Below, one piece after another: positions 12,720-26,515 of a stretch of DNA of 64,000 bases. The position numbers were made by a program, and so were the translations under genes. The stretch is from Nageia nagi (Eukaryota; Plantae; Pinophyta), in the NCBI GenBank assembly GCA_050084985.1, contig JBITNC010000001.1, positions 163,990,001 through 164,054,000 of the forward strand. Direction: 5' to 3'. Within the stretch, counting starts at the first letter, position 1, and every line of letters begins with the position of its first letter. The notes below the pieces were generated by a model. The model was not told the DNA's origin. It made no database searches and saw only the letters and a list, made by a program, of their open reading frames with translations.

Positions 12720-13778
12720 TGTTTCCTAGTAAGCCTGTTGTAGTCTTTTGAATGTTGCAAACTCAAAACATTCATGCTATAAATAGTTAATTAGAGAGAA
12801 GCCATGAATTTTGGTTATTGGATGGAAATGTGTTCCCCCTGGAGGAGGCATTTCCCCGTGTTGGGAATTTGAGAACATCCCTGGGAATGTCTCTTTGTCG
12901 TTCCCTTTTTGGGGAGGTGGCAGTCTTGGGAGCATTCTAGTGGTCGGAGGAGCCATTCGCGCTTTGTGCCCTTGTTGCGAATGCCAAGGGTAATGCTTGG
13001 CCATTCCCGAGAACGGCTGGTCATTTGTCAACTATTCCTAGGAAGGACCAAAAGTTCCCTTTTGTTTTGGGTATCTAGGCTCAAATGAAAATTACAAATT
13101 TAATTTAAATTTTAAAAAAATGTGCTCAAAAAACGTTTCTTCATGAGAGAGTTAGGCCAAAGTATATGTCTAGTCCAGTTGCATGGTGGGATGTTGATCT
13201 TGTGGAGGCAACTTGTCTTGAGGCTGATGATGATGTGGAGAGGTTGGTCGGATTGCCATTGGAAGAGCTTTGGTTGTATGATGAGGGAAACTCATTAGAT
13301 AACTCAGCAGAGGAGCAGGATCATGATGATGATATTAATATACTAGCTCATGAGCCCATAGAGCTAGAGTTTTGATTTTGGCATTTTTCCATTTGACATA
13401 TTCTTGTCAAAGTCTAGTCTATATATTTAGTTTTACTACTATGATTTCAGTAGTACTATATTTCTGATTTCACATCTATCATTATGTACTAGACTAATTC
13501 AGACTTAATGACATTATATCTTATGATCATTGATTATGGCTCATTTTGATACTCTGATTCACACTTGATTTCTAATTGTAGTTCCAAGTTTTGTATATAT
13601 GATTGAATTGATAATAATAATGAATTTGAAATAATGAAATCTCAAAAATCTGAAAATTCTAGGAAGTTCTACTAGAATTATAATTGTTGTTCCCCTAATG
13701 TTCTCAGCGTGCTCCCCAAAAATGATCTCCTTGCCCGCTTCCCCATTCCGAGATATGTGTTCTCTTGTATTCCCATTC

Positions 13779-16700
13779 TGTTGGAGTTTTTACATTTGCA
13801 GATCTGCTAGAGTAAACGCCGTCGCGTTTCCGAAATGCTACCACCCTCTATGTTTCCAAAACACCTGCACCCTCTGCGTTTTGAAACGCCCTTGTGTTTT
13901 TGGAGACCTACCGCGTTTTGTCAGTGTTTTTGACAGTTACGACATTTATGATGTTTGATCATGGTTTTAGTGCTTCCACTTCGTTTCAAAGTTTGTTATT
14001 TCGTAGGGATAATGGGAGATAGTCTTAAAACATGTTTGTAACTCCCATTTAGCTATTTTAGGTGGATTTAAGTGGATTTTATGTAATAGTCCATATCATG
14101 TAGTTTCTTGGTCATGTAACCTCCATGAGTGCTCAAATCAGTTACTTATTGAGGTCCTATATATTGTACTTTGAATTTGCCTATTGATAATGTAGTGTGT
14201 GTGTTTTAGTTCTTTCTTATTCTCTCATGTTGGTACCAGAGCTAGTTGATCTTAGTTGGGTTTGATGAGGCTGTGGGTACTTTGCAACAACTTGGCGAGT
14301 TTTGCAAAAAGTGATCCAAATAGGCGTGTAGTTTTTACTGAGCTTGTTGGAGTGAGTGAGATGGCTTTTGAAGTGAATTCTTTTCCCATACCAAAGTTCA
14401 ATGGTGAGGATTACGAATATTGGGCATTGAAGATGAAGCATTTGCTCATAGGAAAAGGAATATGGGACATCATTGAAGATGGCTATGTGGAACCAAGTTG
14501 GGCCACACTACTTCAAGCCTATAGGCCTGCTAAAAGAGAGGCTCAAAAGAAGAACTCCTTTGCTATCTACCATCTCCAATCAGCCTTGGATAAGTGGCTC
14601 TTCCCAAGGATTGCTAGTTGCAATACGCCAAATGATGCATGGAAGGTCTTGAAAGATGGGTTCCAAGGCATTGAAGTGAAACAATTGAGGCTTCAAAGTT
14701 TGAAAACAAAGTTTGAAAATCTAAAGCAAAAAGAGAATGAGAAAGTTGGAGAGTATTGTGTAAGAGTGAAGAGTTATGTCCAAATGATGGAGACACTTGG
14801 AGAGGAGATCACAAATTCTATTGTAGTGAAGAAAGTGTTGAGAACACTTCTTCCCAAATGGAGCCAAACCGCTATCATGTTTGAAGAGACCAAAGATTTG
14901 AGCATCCTCACTCTTGATCAGCTCATTGGTTCCTTGATGTCACATGAGGAAAGGCTTGCTCCACTTTCCAATGTTGGGAGTGTGGAAAAGGCCTTCACTT
15001 CTAGAGAAGGTGACACTAGCACTAGTGTTCAAGGGGGAGCTCAAGGTAGACGAAGAGGAAGGAGAGGTGGCTTCCAAGGTAGAGGAAGATTCCAAGGAAG
15101 AGGTAGAGGGGATTCTCCAAGAGGTGACAAAAGAGACAAGCAATGTTACTATTGTAAAAGTATGGACACTATGAGAGAGAAAGTAGATTGAAAGCTTCTC
15201 AAGAAGGAGCCTAAAGTGCCAACTATGGTGAGGAGGATACACCCTCCACCTTGTTCTTGTTTTATGCCCACTTAGCCCAAAAGCAAGGATGATACATGGA
15301 TTCTTTACACCAGTTGCTCCAACCACATGACCAGCAAGGGAGATTTGTTTTGTGCCATGGATGATTCCCACAAGTCCAAGATCACACTTGGAGATGACAA
15401 AGCCATTCAAGTTGAATGCATGGGAGCTATGGAGGTGTCTACAAATGAAGGTAACAAGAAGGTTAATGATGTATATTTCATTCCAAAGCTGAAACATAAT
15501 TTGTTGAGTGTGGGGCAAATGATGGAGAAGAACTACAAGCTTGTGTTTGAGGATAGTAAATGTGTGATTTTTGATAAAAATCAAGGGCATAAGCATGTCA
15601 CCACTGTTTCCATGACAAAGAATATATTGCTTCCTCTTAAATTTGGTGAGCAAAGCTCCAATTTTGCTAATGTTGCTATTGATGATAAGAGTTGGCTTTG
15701 GCATTTGAGATATGGGCACCTCAACTTTGCAAGTTTGAAAAGCTTGGTCTCCAATGAGATGGTGTATGGGCTGCCCAAGGTCCAAGATCATAAAGAAGTA
15801 TGTGCCGTATGTTCTACAGGCAAGCATTCAAGATCAAGCTTCCCAAAAAGTCAAGCATGGAGAGCCTCTTACCCCCTCCAATTGGTGCATAGCGACATAT
15901 GTGGGCCAATGCAAACTTCAAGTATTGGTAAAAGTTTTTATTTCCTTACTTTCATTGATGATTGTACAAGAATGTGTTGGATTTACTTTTTTAAGCACAA
16001 GGATGAAGCTTTTGCATACTTTAAGGAGTTCAAGAATAATGTTGAAAAGCAGAGTGGCTATTATTTGAAATGTTTAAGAACAAATAGAGGGGGGGAGTTT
16101 TTTAGTAATGAATTCTTGCAATATTGTAAAGATTGTAGTGTGAGAAGGCAACTCACTGCTGCCTACACTCCACAACAAAATGGTGTAGCTGAACGTAAGA
16201 ACAGAACATTGGCTAATATGGCAAAAAGCATGCTCCAAACTAAAGGATTAAGCAACATTTATTAGGCTGAAGCTATTAGGACAGCAGTGTATATTTTATA
16301 TGGATGTTCAATCTCTAGTTTGGATGGCATAACTCCTTTTGAGGCATGGTATGATAAAAGACCAAATATGAATCATTTGAGTGCTTGGTTGCTTGGGTTA
16401 TGTGCATGATCCAAAGGAACATAGACAAAAATTAGATCCAAAGAGTGAGCCTTGCATATTTATTGGTTATTGTGAAACAAGCAAAGCATATAGATTGTAC
16501 AATTTCAAAACTCACAAAGTTGTTGTTTCGAGAGATGTTATTTTTGATGAAGGGAGAGCATGGTGTCATAAAAAACAACTTGTTGATGATGGATCCTTTG
16601 ATGGAAGCTCTTCAAATGTGCAATCTACTGTTCATCACAGCCAACAAAATATGCAGCCCAAAGCTTCAAACAGTCCACAAAAGCCCACACAAGTACAGCC

Positions 16701-18958
16701 CAAAGATGTTCCAAGTGATGGTGATGCATCTCCAAACAAGAATGGTAAAGTAAGAGGTCATAGAACACTTGCAAATCACCCTCCTTCTCAAATGTTAGAT
16801 CAGAATTTTCAAAAAGAGTTACAAGAGGACAAGAAAAGAAGTAGATCAAGTAATTAAAATACTTGAAAATCTCCATTTGTATAGTGATGAGTTGGATGGT
16901 GAACCAAAGGGTGAATTGGCTAGTTTTGCATTGGTAGCTAGTGCTGATTTAGAGTCTTCTTGTTATGAAAATGCAAGTACTAATGATGTTTGGATGAAGG
17001 CCATGAAAGAGGAGATACACTCCATTGAGAAAAAAGATACATGGGAGCTAGTTGAGCCTCCAAGAGGGGCAAAGGCTGTAGGCTCTAAATGGGTCTATAA
17101 AACAAAGTTTAATTCTGATGGCACCATTGATTGGTACAAGGTTAGACTTGTGGCCAAAGGCTTCACTTAGAGATACAGCATAGACTATGAGTAGACCTTT
17201 GCTCCTATTGTTAGACAAGAAACCATCATAATGGTTCTCTCCACTGCTGCTCACAAAGGCTGGAAGATATACCACTTCGATGTCAAGAGTGCATTCTTGA
17301 ATGGATACCTTGATGAAGAGGTATTTTTTACTCAGCCCTAAGGTTTCAAAAAGAAAGGTAAAGAACATCATATTTACAGGTTGAAAAAGGCTTCGTATGG
17401 CCTCAAGCAAGTGCCATGGGCTTGGTAATCATGGATAGATGGGTATTTCCATAATTCTGGGTTCATAAGAAGCAAAAGTGAACCAACTCTCTATTATAAA
17501 CATGAAGGTACTGATGTTTTGCTGATTTGCCTTTATGTTGATGATCTTATTTACATGGATAGCAATTCTAGATTGAATGATGGTTTCAAAAAGTCCATGA
17601 TGCAAGAATTTGAAATGAAGGATCTTGTTCTTATGCACTATTATCTTAGTTTGGATGTATATCAAGATGTTAAACATATTTTTATTCTCAAACCAAATAT
17701 GCTATTGATTTGTTGTGTAAGTTTGGCATGGATGATTGTACAGCTGTTGTTACTCCCATTGCTCATGGAGAATACTTAAGCAAAGATGGTGGGGTTACTG
17801 AAGCTGATGTGCACACCTACAGAAGCATTGTTGGGAGCTTGATGTTCTAAACAAATTCATGACCAGATATTTGTCGTGCTGTCTCACTTTTGTCCAGGTA
17901 CATGAGTGCTCCTAAAAAAAATCATTTAAAGGCAGCCAAGCGAATATTGAGATATGTAAAAGGTATCCCGAATTTTGGCACCCATTACCTCAGAAATAAG
18001 CATGTCAAACTTGTGGGATATAGTGACAATGATTGGGATACTGATGTTAATGATAGAAAATCAACTTTTGCAAATTGTTTTAGCCTTGGGTCTGGTCTTG
18101 TTACATGGTCTTCCAGGAAATAAACAACCGTAGCTCTGTCCTCCTTTGAAGCTGAATACATTGCAATTACTAATGCTAGTACCCAAGTTTTATGGATGAG
18201 AAAGATTCTGGAGGAGATTGGAGAAACCCAAATTGGTGCCACCACTCTGTTCTGTGATAACCAAAGTGTTATTCAGCTGGTCAAAAATCTGGTGCACCAT
18301 TCCAGATCCAAACACTTTGACATGAAATATCATTTCATTCGTGACATGGTTGAGAAGAAGATTGTCAATTTACATTATTGCCAGACAAAGGACAATTTGG
18401 CTGACCTATTCACTAAGTGCGTTGCTACACGTCAGTTTGTAAAGCTGAGAGACTACCTGGTCAGCCCTCTCACCTTTAAGGGGGAGTATATTGAAGTTTT
18501 TACATTTGCAAACCTGCCAGAGTAAAATGTTGGTACGTTTTTGAAACGCCGCCGCATTTCCTAAACTCTACCACCCTTTGTGTTTCCAAAATGCCTGCAC
18601 CCTCTGCATTTCTGAAACGCCTCTGCGTTTCTAGAGGCCTATTGTGTTTTGTCAATGTTTATGATAGTTATGACATTTATGATGTTTGATCATGGTTTTA
18701 GTGCTTCCACTTCGTTTCAGAGTCTGTTACTTCGTTGGGATAATGGTAGATAGTCCTAGAACATGTTTGTAACTCCCATTTAGCTATTTTAGGTGGATTT
18801 AAGTGAATTTTATGTAACAGTCCATAGAACTTAGTTTCTTGGTCATGTAATCTCCATGAGTGCTCACATCAGTTACTCATTGAGGTCCTATATATTGTAC
18901 TTCGAATTTGCCAATTGATAATGTAGCGTGTGTGTTTTAGTTTTTTCTTATTTTCTCA
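13779..18958 (+). mobile_element. Full-length decayed Ty1/copia LTR retrotransposon
   Basis: LTRs 13779-14227 and 18489-18958 (about 8% diverged in a 170-nt sample); PBS tggtaccagagc 14231-14242; PPT aagggggag before 18489; TSD CATTC at 13774-13778 and 18959-18963; domain order gag-PR-IN-RT-RH. Confidence 0.97.
14361..18480 (+). pseudogene. Copia gag-pol pseudogene
   Basis: gag (FNGEDYEYW, KKVLRTL), protease (WILYTSCSNHMT), GAG-pre-integrase (LWHLRYGHLNF), integrase (LVHSDICGP, TPQQNGVAERKNRT), RT (KWVYKTK, RLVAKGF, LYVDDL), RNaseH (CDNQS, ADLFTK); many stops and frameshifts. Confidence 0.96.
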
Positions 18959-19293
18959 CATTCCTCAGCCATGTGGAACCTTGTTGAGTACATATATTTG
19001 GGAGAAGACTTAATTACCACAATTTGCATGTTCTGATGAGGGTATAAGGACCCTTATCATTATGTGAACATTGACTTAGGATTATTATGTTTATTATATA
19101 TAATTTATTATATATAGGTAAACATAAATACATTATTAACATGGGCATTATTGACTGTTTACAAACATTATAATACTGCCCCCTATATAGTCATATTAAA
19201 AACTACATTCTATTAGTTTTTTTTTTTGGATGTTATATGTCTAATTAATGAATATTTAGTTATGAAGGAACACAATAATTTAGTATAAGCCTT

Positions 19294-20479
19294 TACGATG
19301 CCCCCCTTGTATCATTGTAATTAATTATGGAATTCTATGAATTCCCCTTTGTATTATATTTTATTATTATGTTGTGCTTTAAGTTAATACTTGGGATAGA
19401 AGACTTAATGGGTCATTGGACCCTACTGTGAGCCCCAAGTGGGATGTCTCCCTCCCAAGCATAGATTAGGTGTTTTAATGTACTTGGAAATCCCGATCAT
19501 GATTGTGGGAATCCCAAGGTCTATTTAGCATTTATGTGGATGGATAAGCATTTGTATACATGTGCCAGCCTTGGGGAGCCTCCTAGACCCCCACGTTGAC
19601 CCATGATGACATCCTAGCACCCATGCATGACTCTTAGACCCACGTTAGGCATGCGTGGCACTCCAGACCCCCATGTTGGCATTTATGGCTTCTAGATACC
19701 CACATTGGGCATGCCTGACCCCTAGGTCCCCGCGTTGGATATTCTGGGCCCCCAGGAGGCTAACGTTGGATTAGAGGAGCCGGGGAATGACTACTAAGTG
19801 AGATCCAGATCCAGTAAAGCGTTATATAAGGCGTTGGAGCCTCATAGCTGGATATACAGAATATTATTATTATCTTTGATACTATCTTGTGGACAAGAGT
19901 CTTAGCGTAACGCTAAGCGAAGCCCTAGGTGTAGCATCTAGGAGGATTAGCAGGTTGAAAGGTCCTGTTAGTCTATGGCTTTGGTGCAACACCCTAGCCC
20001 ATCTGGTGGTATTCCAAGGTTGTGCTTCTACCATTCAGTTGGCCGCCTCGATCAAAGGAGGGCTTCTTCGATGGAGAGGATTCATGTTTTGAGCGAGCGA
20101 GATTGTCCTGTATGTCCGTCTAGCTTGAGGATATTCGTTGTGCCCATGTTGGCTCCTTGAAGGCCAATGTCCAACTCTAGGAGCTTGGTATTGTATTGTT
20201 ATTCATCATTTATCTTACATACAACCATTGGGCAGTTGGATCTCATATTATCTTGTAGATTTGTCTATAATTGCAATGTTGTGGTTTGTTTATGGATGCA
20301 TGCTTGTAGTAGTCAGACGTTGGCATATTTGTCTAGTGCAAACTTGTATTGGATGCTCTAGCTCCAATGTTGGCAATTTGAGAGTTTGAATGCTTATTCT
20401 TGCTAGCCTTGTCCAGACGTTGGGTATATTTGCTTGTGTTCAATTTAATTGCACTTGAATTTGTAATCTGATCTTTACA
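19294..20479 (+). mobile_element. Solo LTR of the same Ty3 family as 4422-9975
   Basis: Colinear with the 4422/8742 LTRs (gtgagccccaagtgggatgtctccctcccaagc etc.), ends ...ttaCA, flanked by perfect TSD GCCTT (19289-19293, 20480-20484); no PBS or PPT. Confidence 0.93.
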
Positions 20480-23362
20480 GCCTTAGTCTACGCATCTATT
20501 TCCTTGTATATATGATCACTCATGCCATGCATCTTATATATTTATTTCTTCTTGTTTAAGTTTTAAAGCTTTAATTGTCCTTTGTAAAGACAATATAGGC
20601 TGCTATACATTGTATGCGAAAAATTTCAATCCTATGGTAGCGGTTGTAACCCAATTTCATTGGATTTTGACCAAACTTGTGGGCTAGTGGCCCAGTTTTT
20701 GGGGTTTTGATTCACCATGGTAGCTCGTATTAGTAAGTCTTGTACAAACTTTTAATTGTTAGTTTATGGAGATTCAGGGATTTGGGTGCCATAGTTATTC
20801 TCTCATAAATTTAGAAGTGACATATAGAGATATTTCCAGTCCTAAAATGGAATAAAAAATATTCAATCATTTTTACAAATTTCAAGTACAAAGGAACATT
20901 ACATACCTCCATAATTTGCGTAGCTGTAATACATTAGGCATAAGAGAAGAGATATCTGTTGACATCCTTGTATATTTTCAATTAATTTGTGATTGTCTCT
21001 TTATCTTTTCATCTAGTACCTTCCTCTTGATGCACTTGTGGGGCCTTGTCATCAGCTACAAATTTTTTTTCAGAGTACTTTGGGTTCAAATAATGCTCAA
21101 TTGTCTGCAAGACTTGTGTAGTTGCTTTTACCATCTACAATCAATTAGATCCCAACGATGAGGGTATTACTTTGCCATGCATTTGCAATAGAACATAATG
21201 TCCACTTTGGCCCTTTTCATGGTTTTATAAATGTAACCCATTGGTGGTTTGATTTGGTTGAGAAGACAAAGAATGCTCATCGATGTTCTGCCTCTTGAAA
21301 AAACTATTTCAAAACAAAAGACACTTAGATTAGAGCACCCTCCAGATGCCACTATTTATATTCCATAAAATATCAAGCAGGTTTTTCTTTGAAGTTGAAT
21401 TTTATGGATCAAATAAGGTGTTTCAGGTAATTATGAGACTTTTCCACCAGTGTCAAAGTTACCCAATATTGTTTTCAACTTAAACTCTTCAGGTCAATCT
21501 TAGTTCAAAATTTTCAACTTTTGCAAATGATGTCTGGCATCACTGGAAATGTCACTAGTACATTAAGAAGGTTTGATATTACAGATTGGCTATAATATTA
21601 AAAAATTGGTTATGATGAAAGATATATAGCAAAAACATACGTTTTGGGCGGAATTGCCTAACAATTATATCAGTAGTAAGTGAAAATTACTTTTTCCATT
21701 TGAGCCCATGGAATCTTCGGACCTGAGCCACCAATTTAGACATGGGGGTAAGTAATCTATTTATAGTATTTAAATAATTTAAAGTAAATCTTATAGGTAA
21801 AAATTATAACTGTCCTCAAATTACATTTAGTTAATCATATGTATGAAATTTGCAAACTAACTTTTACAACTTATCATATACTTACAAAATGCACACATGT
21901 TATTTTGCAGCCTCATTTAAAAAACCACTTGCACCTTTGGATTTGCAATATCCACATGTAATATCCAAGCCTTGCATGCTATCTAAAATATGGAGTCAAG
22001 ACTGCCAATATCAGATTAGAATCAGTTATTTCAGTCCATCTGAAATCATAGATATTATATGCATAAAACCCTAACTTAAGAGACTCGTACATACAAACTG
22101 CACGGCATTTCCTCAATCCATCAAATGGGTTTTCAGACATCCTAGCACGGATTCAAATGAAATTAATATCTCAGAAAATGATTTATTTAATTCATTCTGC
22201 TTTAATTAAGAGTAAGAGATCACGAAATGCCATTCAAAGAGTAAACAATAATCTGCAAGTGCTCTTAATTCATTCTGCTTTAATTATAAGAATAAGAGAT
22301 CAAGAAAAGCATGTACAAACAATCCTCATACTCAAAAATCATTTATCTATATGAAAACTACGGAGGCCTTGAGAGCTCTCCACTCGGCCATCCCTGAGAG
22401 AGTGTAATGGTCGATGGTAATGAAATGGAATACACTGATGCCAACTGTCAATTGAATCTCAACATTTTGTGTATGTTTCCAGATGGTCCATACCCATTCA
22501 CCATACACACACAGAGAGATCAGGTAGGGCTGGGTCAGCAATAACAAGAACGAGTATAGTTGGCTGGAAATACGAGTAGAGAGTGTTGGCTTTGGCAAAT
22601 AGACCGTTAAACATCAATTCCTACTTTAAAGCGTATGCATTCAATTTAGCTAGGTTAAAAGAGATTATGGATTCTCTCCAATAACAAGATAGGTGTGATA
22701 TCCCTATTTACATTTATAGAGTGGTAAAACTCAGACTCGCCAAGCCTTTGGCTTTAGGAAAATGTTGGCTGAAACCTCAGTAATAAAAAAGTTATTAAAA
22801 TTTATATTTTTCCAAGTAACTCGTTAAAACTTTTGACTTAAAAAAAAACTTGGCAAAGACTTTCGAGGCAGCTAAAAAATTAGCAAAAACTTAGTCAACC
22901 TCAAGATCTCACACATCTATGTGAGATTGACCTGACAAGTTTATTCATGATTACTTCTTGGAGACACACAATTTTGATTGCCATTACACAGACGTACACA
23001 CACATGTACATGCATGTGTGTTAAGTTCTATAATTTATCTTTTCATTTGTCTTGGGTCTGGAAAACAAAGATTATAATACACAATAGGCAAAACTCATAA
23101 AACCAACATATAAACAAGATACAACCCAATATCTATTGGATTTTACTGTCTAATTATATGATTGAAGATAGGTTCAACACATCTAACTGCATATTATCTT
23201 AAGGATTCGACCTCTCCTAAGCAACAGACTTGCATCAAATCTTAGTTGTTTACAGGATTGTTCCCTGCTACCTAGAGAGAAAAAGTTAATCAAAACACAT
23301 CTGTGTATACAATTGTTCCCCTCTCTCTAGATAGGAAGAATAATAAGTACATACCTCTCAAT

Positions 23363-24255
23363 CAAGGTTGTCACGGATTGGGGGACGGGGAAACAAGGGG
23401 ACGAGTCCCTAGGGACGGTAGGGGACGGTGACCTGATTTTAGGAAATGTGAGGGGGACGGAAAGTATATATAGACTAAAAAATCCCCAAAATGTTCAAAT
23501 TTAAGAAAAGTAGATATTAGATGTAGTTTCAATGTTTCATTCATCATTACCATTCATGGTTTATCTAGGAACCAATTTAAATTTGTAACATACTTTGAAA
23601 ATGAAAATCTGCAACTACCAACAAGTAACATGTAACATGATTATAAAATGAAAATCAGAAATCTGAATCATAAATGATAAATCATAAAATGATAAATGAG
23701 AATGAGCCATAAATATAGTCTAATAATCATAGTCAATAATCATAATGCCATTAAGTTTAAATATGCTAAGGCCCAAAAACATAGTCTTTGATATGAATAT
23801 GTCAAATAAGTCAAAAATGACAAATAAGTGTAAATGACAAAATGATTGCAATGTGAATATAAAGGCATGTTTTTAGGGTTGGAAACCCTTGTGGGACCCA
23901 TCCCCCTAAGGTTTATGAAAAAAAATTTAAAAAAAAGTAGAGGATTTTTTTTTTAGTGTGCAAGAGGGGGGACGGGTAGGGGAGATTTTTTTTTTAGTGT
24001 GCAAGAGGGGGGGACGGGAAGGGGAGATTTTTTTTTTAGTGTGCAAGAGGGGGGCCGTCCCCAACCGTCCCATTTTCAAGATTTTAAAAGGAAACGTCCC
24101 CAGGGTTTGTGAAATCATCTCGGGGACGTCGCCTTCGTTTGCCCCAAAAAGGGGATGACGGGGAAACGTCCCTTGAGGCATCCCCTAGTCTCATGGACGT
24201 GAGGGAAGGGGAAACAGGAAAAAAGGGGAGGGGGACGCGTCCCTTGATAATGTTG
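23363..24255. mobile_element. hAT-type MITE (893 bp)
   Basis: 8-bp TSD CTCTCAAT (23355-23362, 24256-24263); imperfect TIRs CAAGGTTGTCACGGA / CCCTTGATAATGTTG (10 of 15 match); inverted ggggacg/cgtcccc subterminal motifs; internal triplicated 40-bp unit at about 23940-24055. Confidence 0.9.
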
Positions 24256-25551
24256 CTCTCAATATAAGATTGAACTCTTATCCTATCTAGTTTCCTCTAA
24301 TTAAAATGCTTAGTTGGTTTATACAGATTCTTGCAAATTCTTTTCTACTTGGAACAAGTCCACAAGCTGTACTATTCACAGCATTTGGGCCTGCTTGATT
24401 CATGTTCACCCATGGTTATATAAATTTAGAACTTCATGAATACGTCAAATTTTTTCTTTAGAAAATATACCAACATCTTCCTAGGAAAATGATCAACAAG
24501 AATTGAAAAATATTGTGGTTTGATAAATGTGTTTGTTTTCATGGGTATGCACATCATGAAGGAATTAAAATTCAAAACAAATATTTTCCAAGTTGGTAAT
24601 GTCTTGTGTTATACTTGGCATTCTGTCATATGCTTAGTTAATATGGTATTACTTATTGTAGAATAACTGTAAGGGTGTATGCCTTTTAAAGAAGGTATAT
24701 CTTCTGTTAAGACAAATTTATATGCCTTTTCTGATACACATCATGAGGATTAAAATTTGGTCATCATATTAGGAGTTAGGACATGATTGTTACTTTTCCT
24801 TTTTCTGATGTATTGGAAGCAATATTTATTATTTTATTTTGGGAGATAAATTTCTGGTGGAATTCACAAGGAGCCCTTGTGAGGGTGAAAAATGATGATG
24901 TTCCTTATTTTGGTTCATTTAATGGGGAAGATATGATGGCAAGAACCTCAAGCAAGAGATTAGTGAGTCCAGTTCCCCAAAAGGCTCTAGTAATGTATGT
25001 TGAGAAGTGCTGGCCATATTGGTTTATTTCTTATCTATCATGAATGATGGTTACCTTAATTATACCGATGAAAGGTACAGTAGTAACCTACCTATCACAT
25101 ATTGCTTGCTAGTTATGCAACGATAGTTTCTTGTTTAGATACAAATGTATAGAACAGTAAGAGTTGTTTACTAACACAGTCACCAGAAGTAGAAACACCA
25201 CTGATATGCTGTCAATGATAACAGGAAATTCCAAATTCATTTATGCCACGAGAATGAAGCGTTTTTAAGATATATCCTAAACATACCAAATTAGCAATTC
25301 ATATATCATTACTTAGAGTAGATAAGAGTCACAGATGTAACAATTAGCGAGGACATCCTTTTGATGTGGTATGAAGGTAACTTCTATAAGATATATGCAA
25401 AAACTTATTACTTAAATTTTGTCCATTATCTCCTTGGGGATTCACACCATTATATTTTGTTATTGTTATTCTAAATGCATAATATCTTTTTATATGGAAA
25501 TATAATTTGGTTCGATATTTCCTGACAAAGATCCTCAATTGTGTGAATTAG

Positions 25552-25787
25552 GGTCGAATTGCTGCGACAGGCACGAGGGATAGCACTTTAGAGCTCCTTA
25601 TAGGTGATAATGGCTGGGTAGAACACAGAGAAAATGGAATGCAATATTGTTTTGATGCGACAAAGTGTATGTTTTCCTCTGGAAACATATCTGAGAAACT
25701 TCGAATGGCTAAGTTGGATTGCAGAAATGAAATAGTGGTGGACTTGTTTGCTGGAATTGGATATTTTGTTCTACCACTCCTTGTAAA
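25552..25787 (+). CDS. TYW2: TYW2/3/4 exon containing SAM-binding motif I
   Basis: ttag acceptor, GTATGG donor at 25788; GRIAATGTRDSTLELLIGDNGWVEHRENGMQYCFDATKCMFSSGNISEKLRMAKLDCRNEIVVDLFAGIGYFVLPLLV; DLFAGIGYF is the Met-10/TYW2 family motif. Confidence 0.96.
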
Positions 25788-26379
25788 GTATGGTAACATT
25801 CTTTTCATTTTTTTGTGTTAATTTTCTATTCATGTGATAACACCTAGCTTAAGAAAAAAACATAGTTGAATTATATCAAGATACTTCAAATGTTGGCCAT
25901 GGTAATTCTTGAAGCATATCTACTCCAATTTTGTTACAAGTTATGGTAAGAACTATAGTTTAAAGATAGAGATGTGGTGTAATCAAGTTAAATTTTTTAT
26001 GGTTAAGGGAATGGTAACCACTAAAGGTGATCTGAAAATTAAAATATTAAAGTATAATCCAAATATTGAGAAAAGGAGGCATTGCAAATTGAATAGCTAC
26101 TTCATAGGATGTGGAATAAGCAAGGCACAAGCTATTCAGCCTAGCTTGCAGAAACTTTGTTTTCTTTTTTCTTTGCTGTTGTCAACGTTTGTATCTTTTC
26201 CTTCAACTTCATATATGTGCTTTAATGTCTTTTCTGCTCATAGAAGTATTTGCATGTTTTGTAGCTACCAATGGCTTGAGCCTTTTAGTCGGTTTGGTGT
26301 CAAAGGGCCTCCATTTTTGTATGCATAGTTTTAATGTCTTCCTGGTCATGTGTTTAATATAATTTTTCTATTATGACAG

Positions 26380-26515
26380 GGCAGGTGCAAAACTTGTATA
26401 TGCTTGTGAGTGGAATCCTAGTGCACTGTCTGCTCTTAGGCACAATGTATCTGTAAATGGTGTAGAAGATCGTTGCATTATTTTGGAAGGGGACAACCGT
26501 ATAAGAGCTCCTGTG
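26380..26515 (+). CDS. TYW2: TYW2/3/4 exon
   Basis: gacag acceptor, GTAAG donor at 26516; AA|G completes Lys, then AGAKLVYACEWNPSALSALRHNVSVNGVEDRCIILEGDNRIRAPV (ACEWNP and GDNR motifs). Confidence 0.96.

Larger units (their letters stand above)
12800..18983 (+). mobile_element. Non-autonomous hAT-derived element interrupted by the copia at 13779
   Basis: ttcccc/gggaa subterminal motifs; acidic peptide YMSSPVAWWDVD..EADDD resembling plant hAT transposase C-terminal tails; right end gtggaaccttg (18973-18983) resembles the CAAGGTT TIR of the 23363 MITE; left TIR not found. Confidence 0.55.
2091..25551 (+). other. 23,461-bp GT-AG intron of TYW2/3/4 filled with TEs
   Basis: Flanking exons join in frame to give a contiguous ...VARQ|GRIA... 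with no missing family sequence. Confidence 0.9.

Noticed and set aside
14940-15827. 295-aa antisense ORF in the copia
   Set aside because: Shadow frame of gag-pol with no independent features
21130-22960. Probable further TE fragments (LTR- or leader-like)
   Set aside because: No termini, TSD or coding motif to support a specific call
25909-26328. 139-codon ORF
   Set aside because: Lies in the 592-bp intron; flanking exons join without it; starts at a non-ATG codon and has no motif
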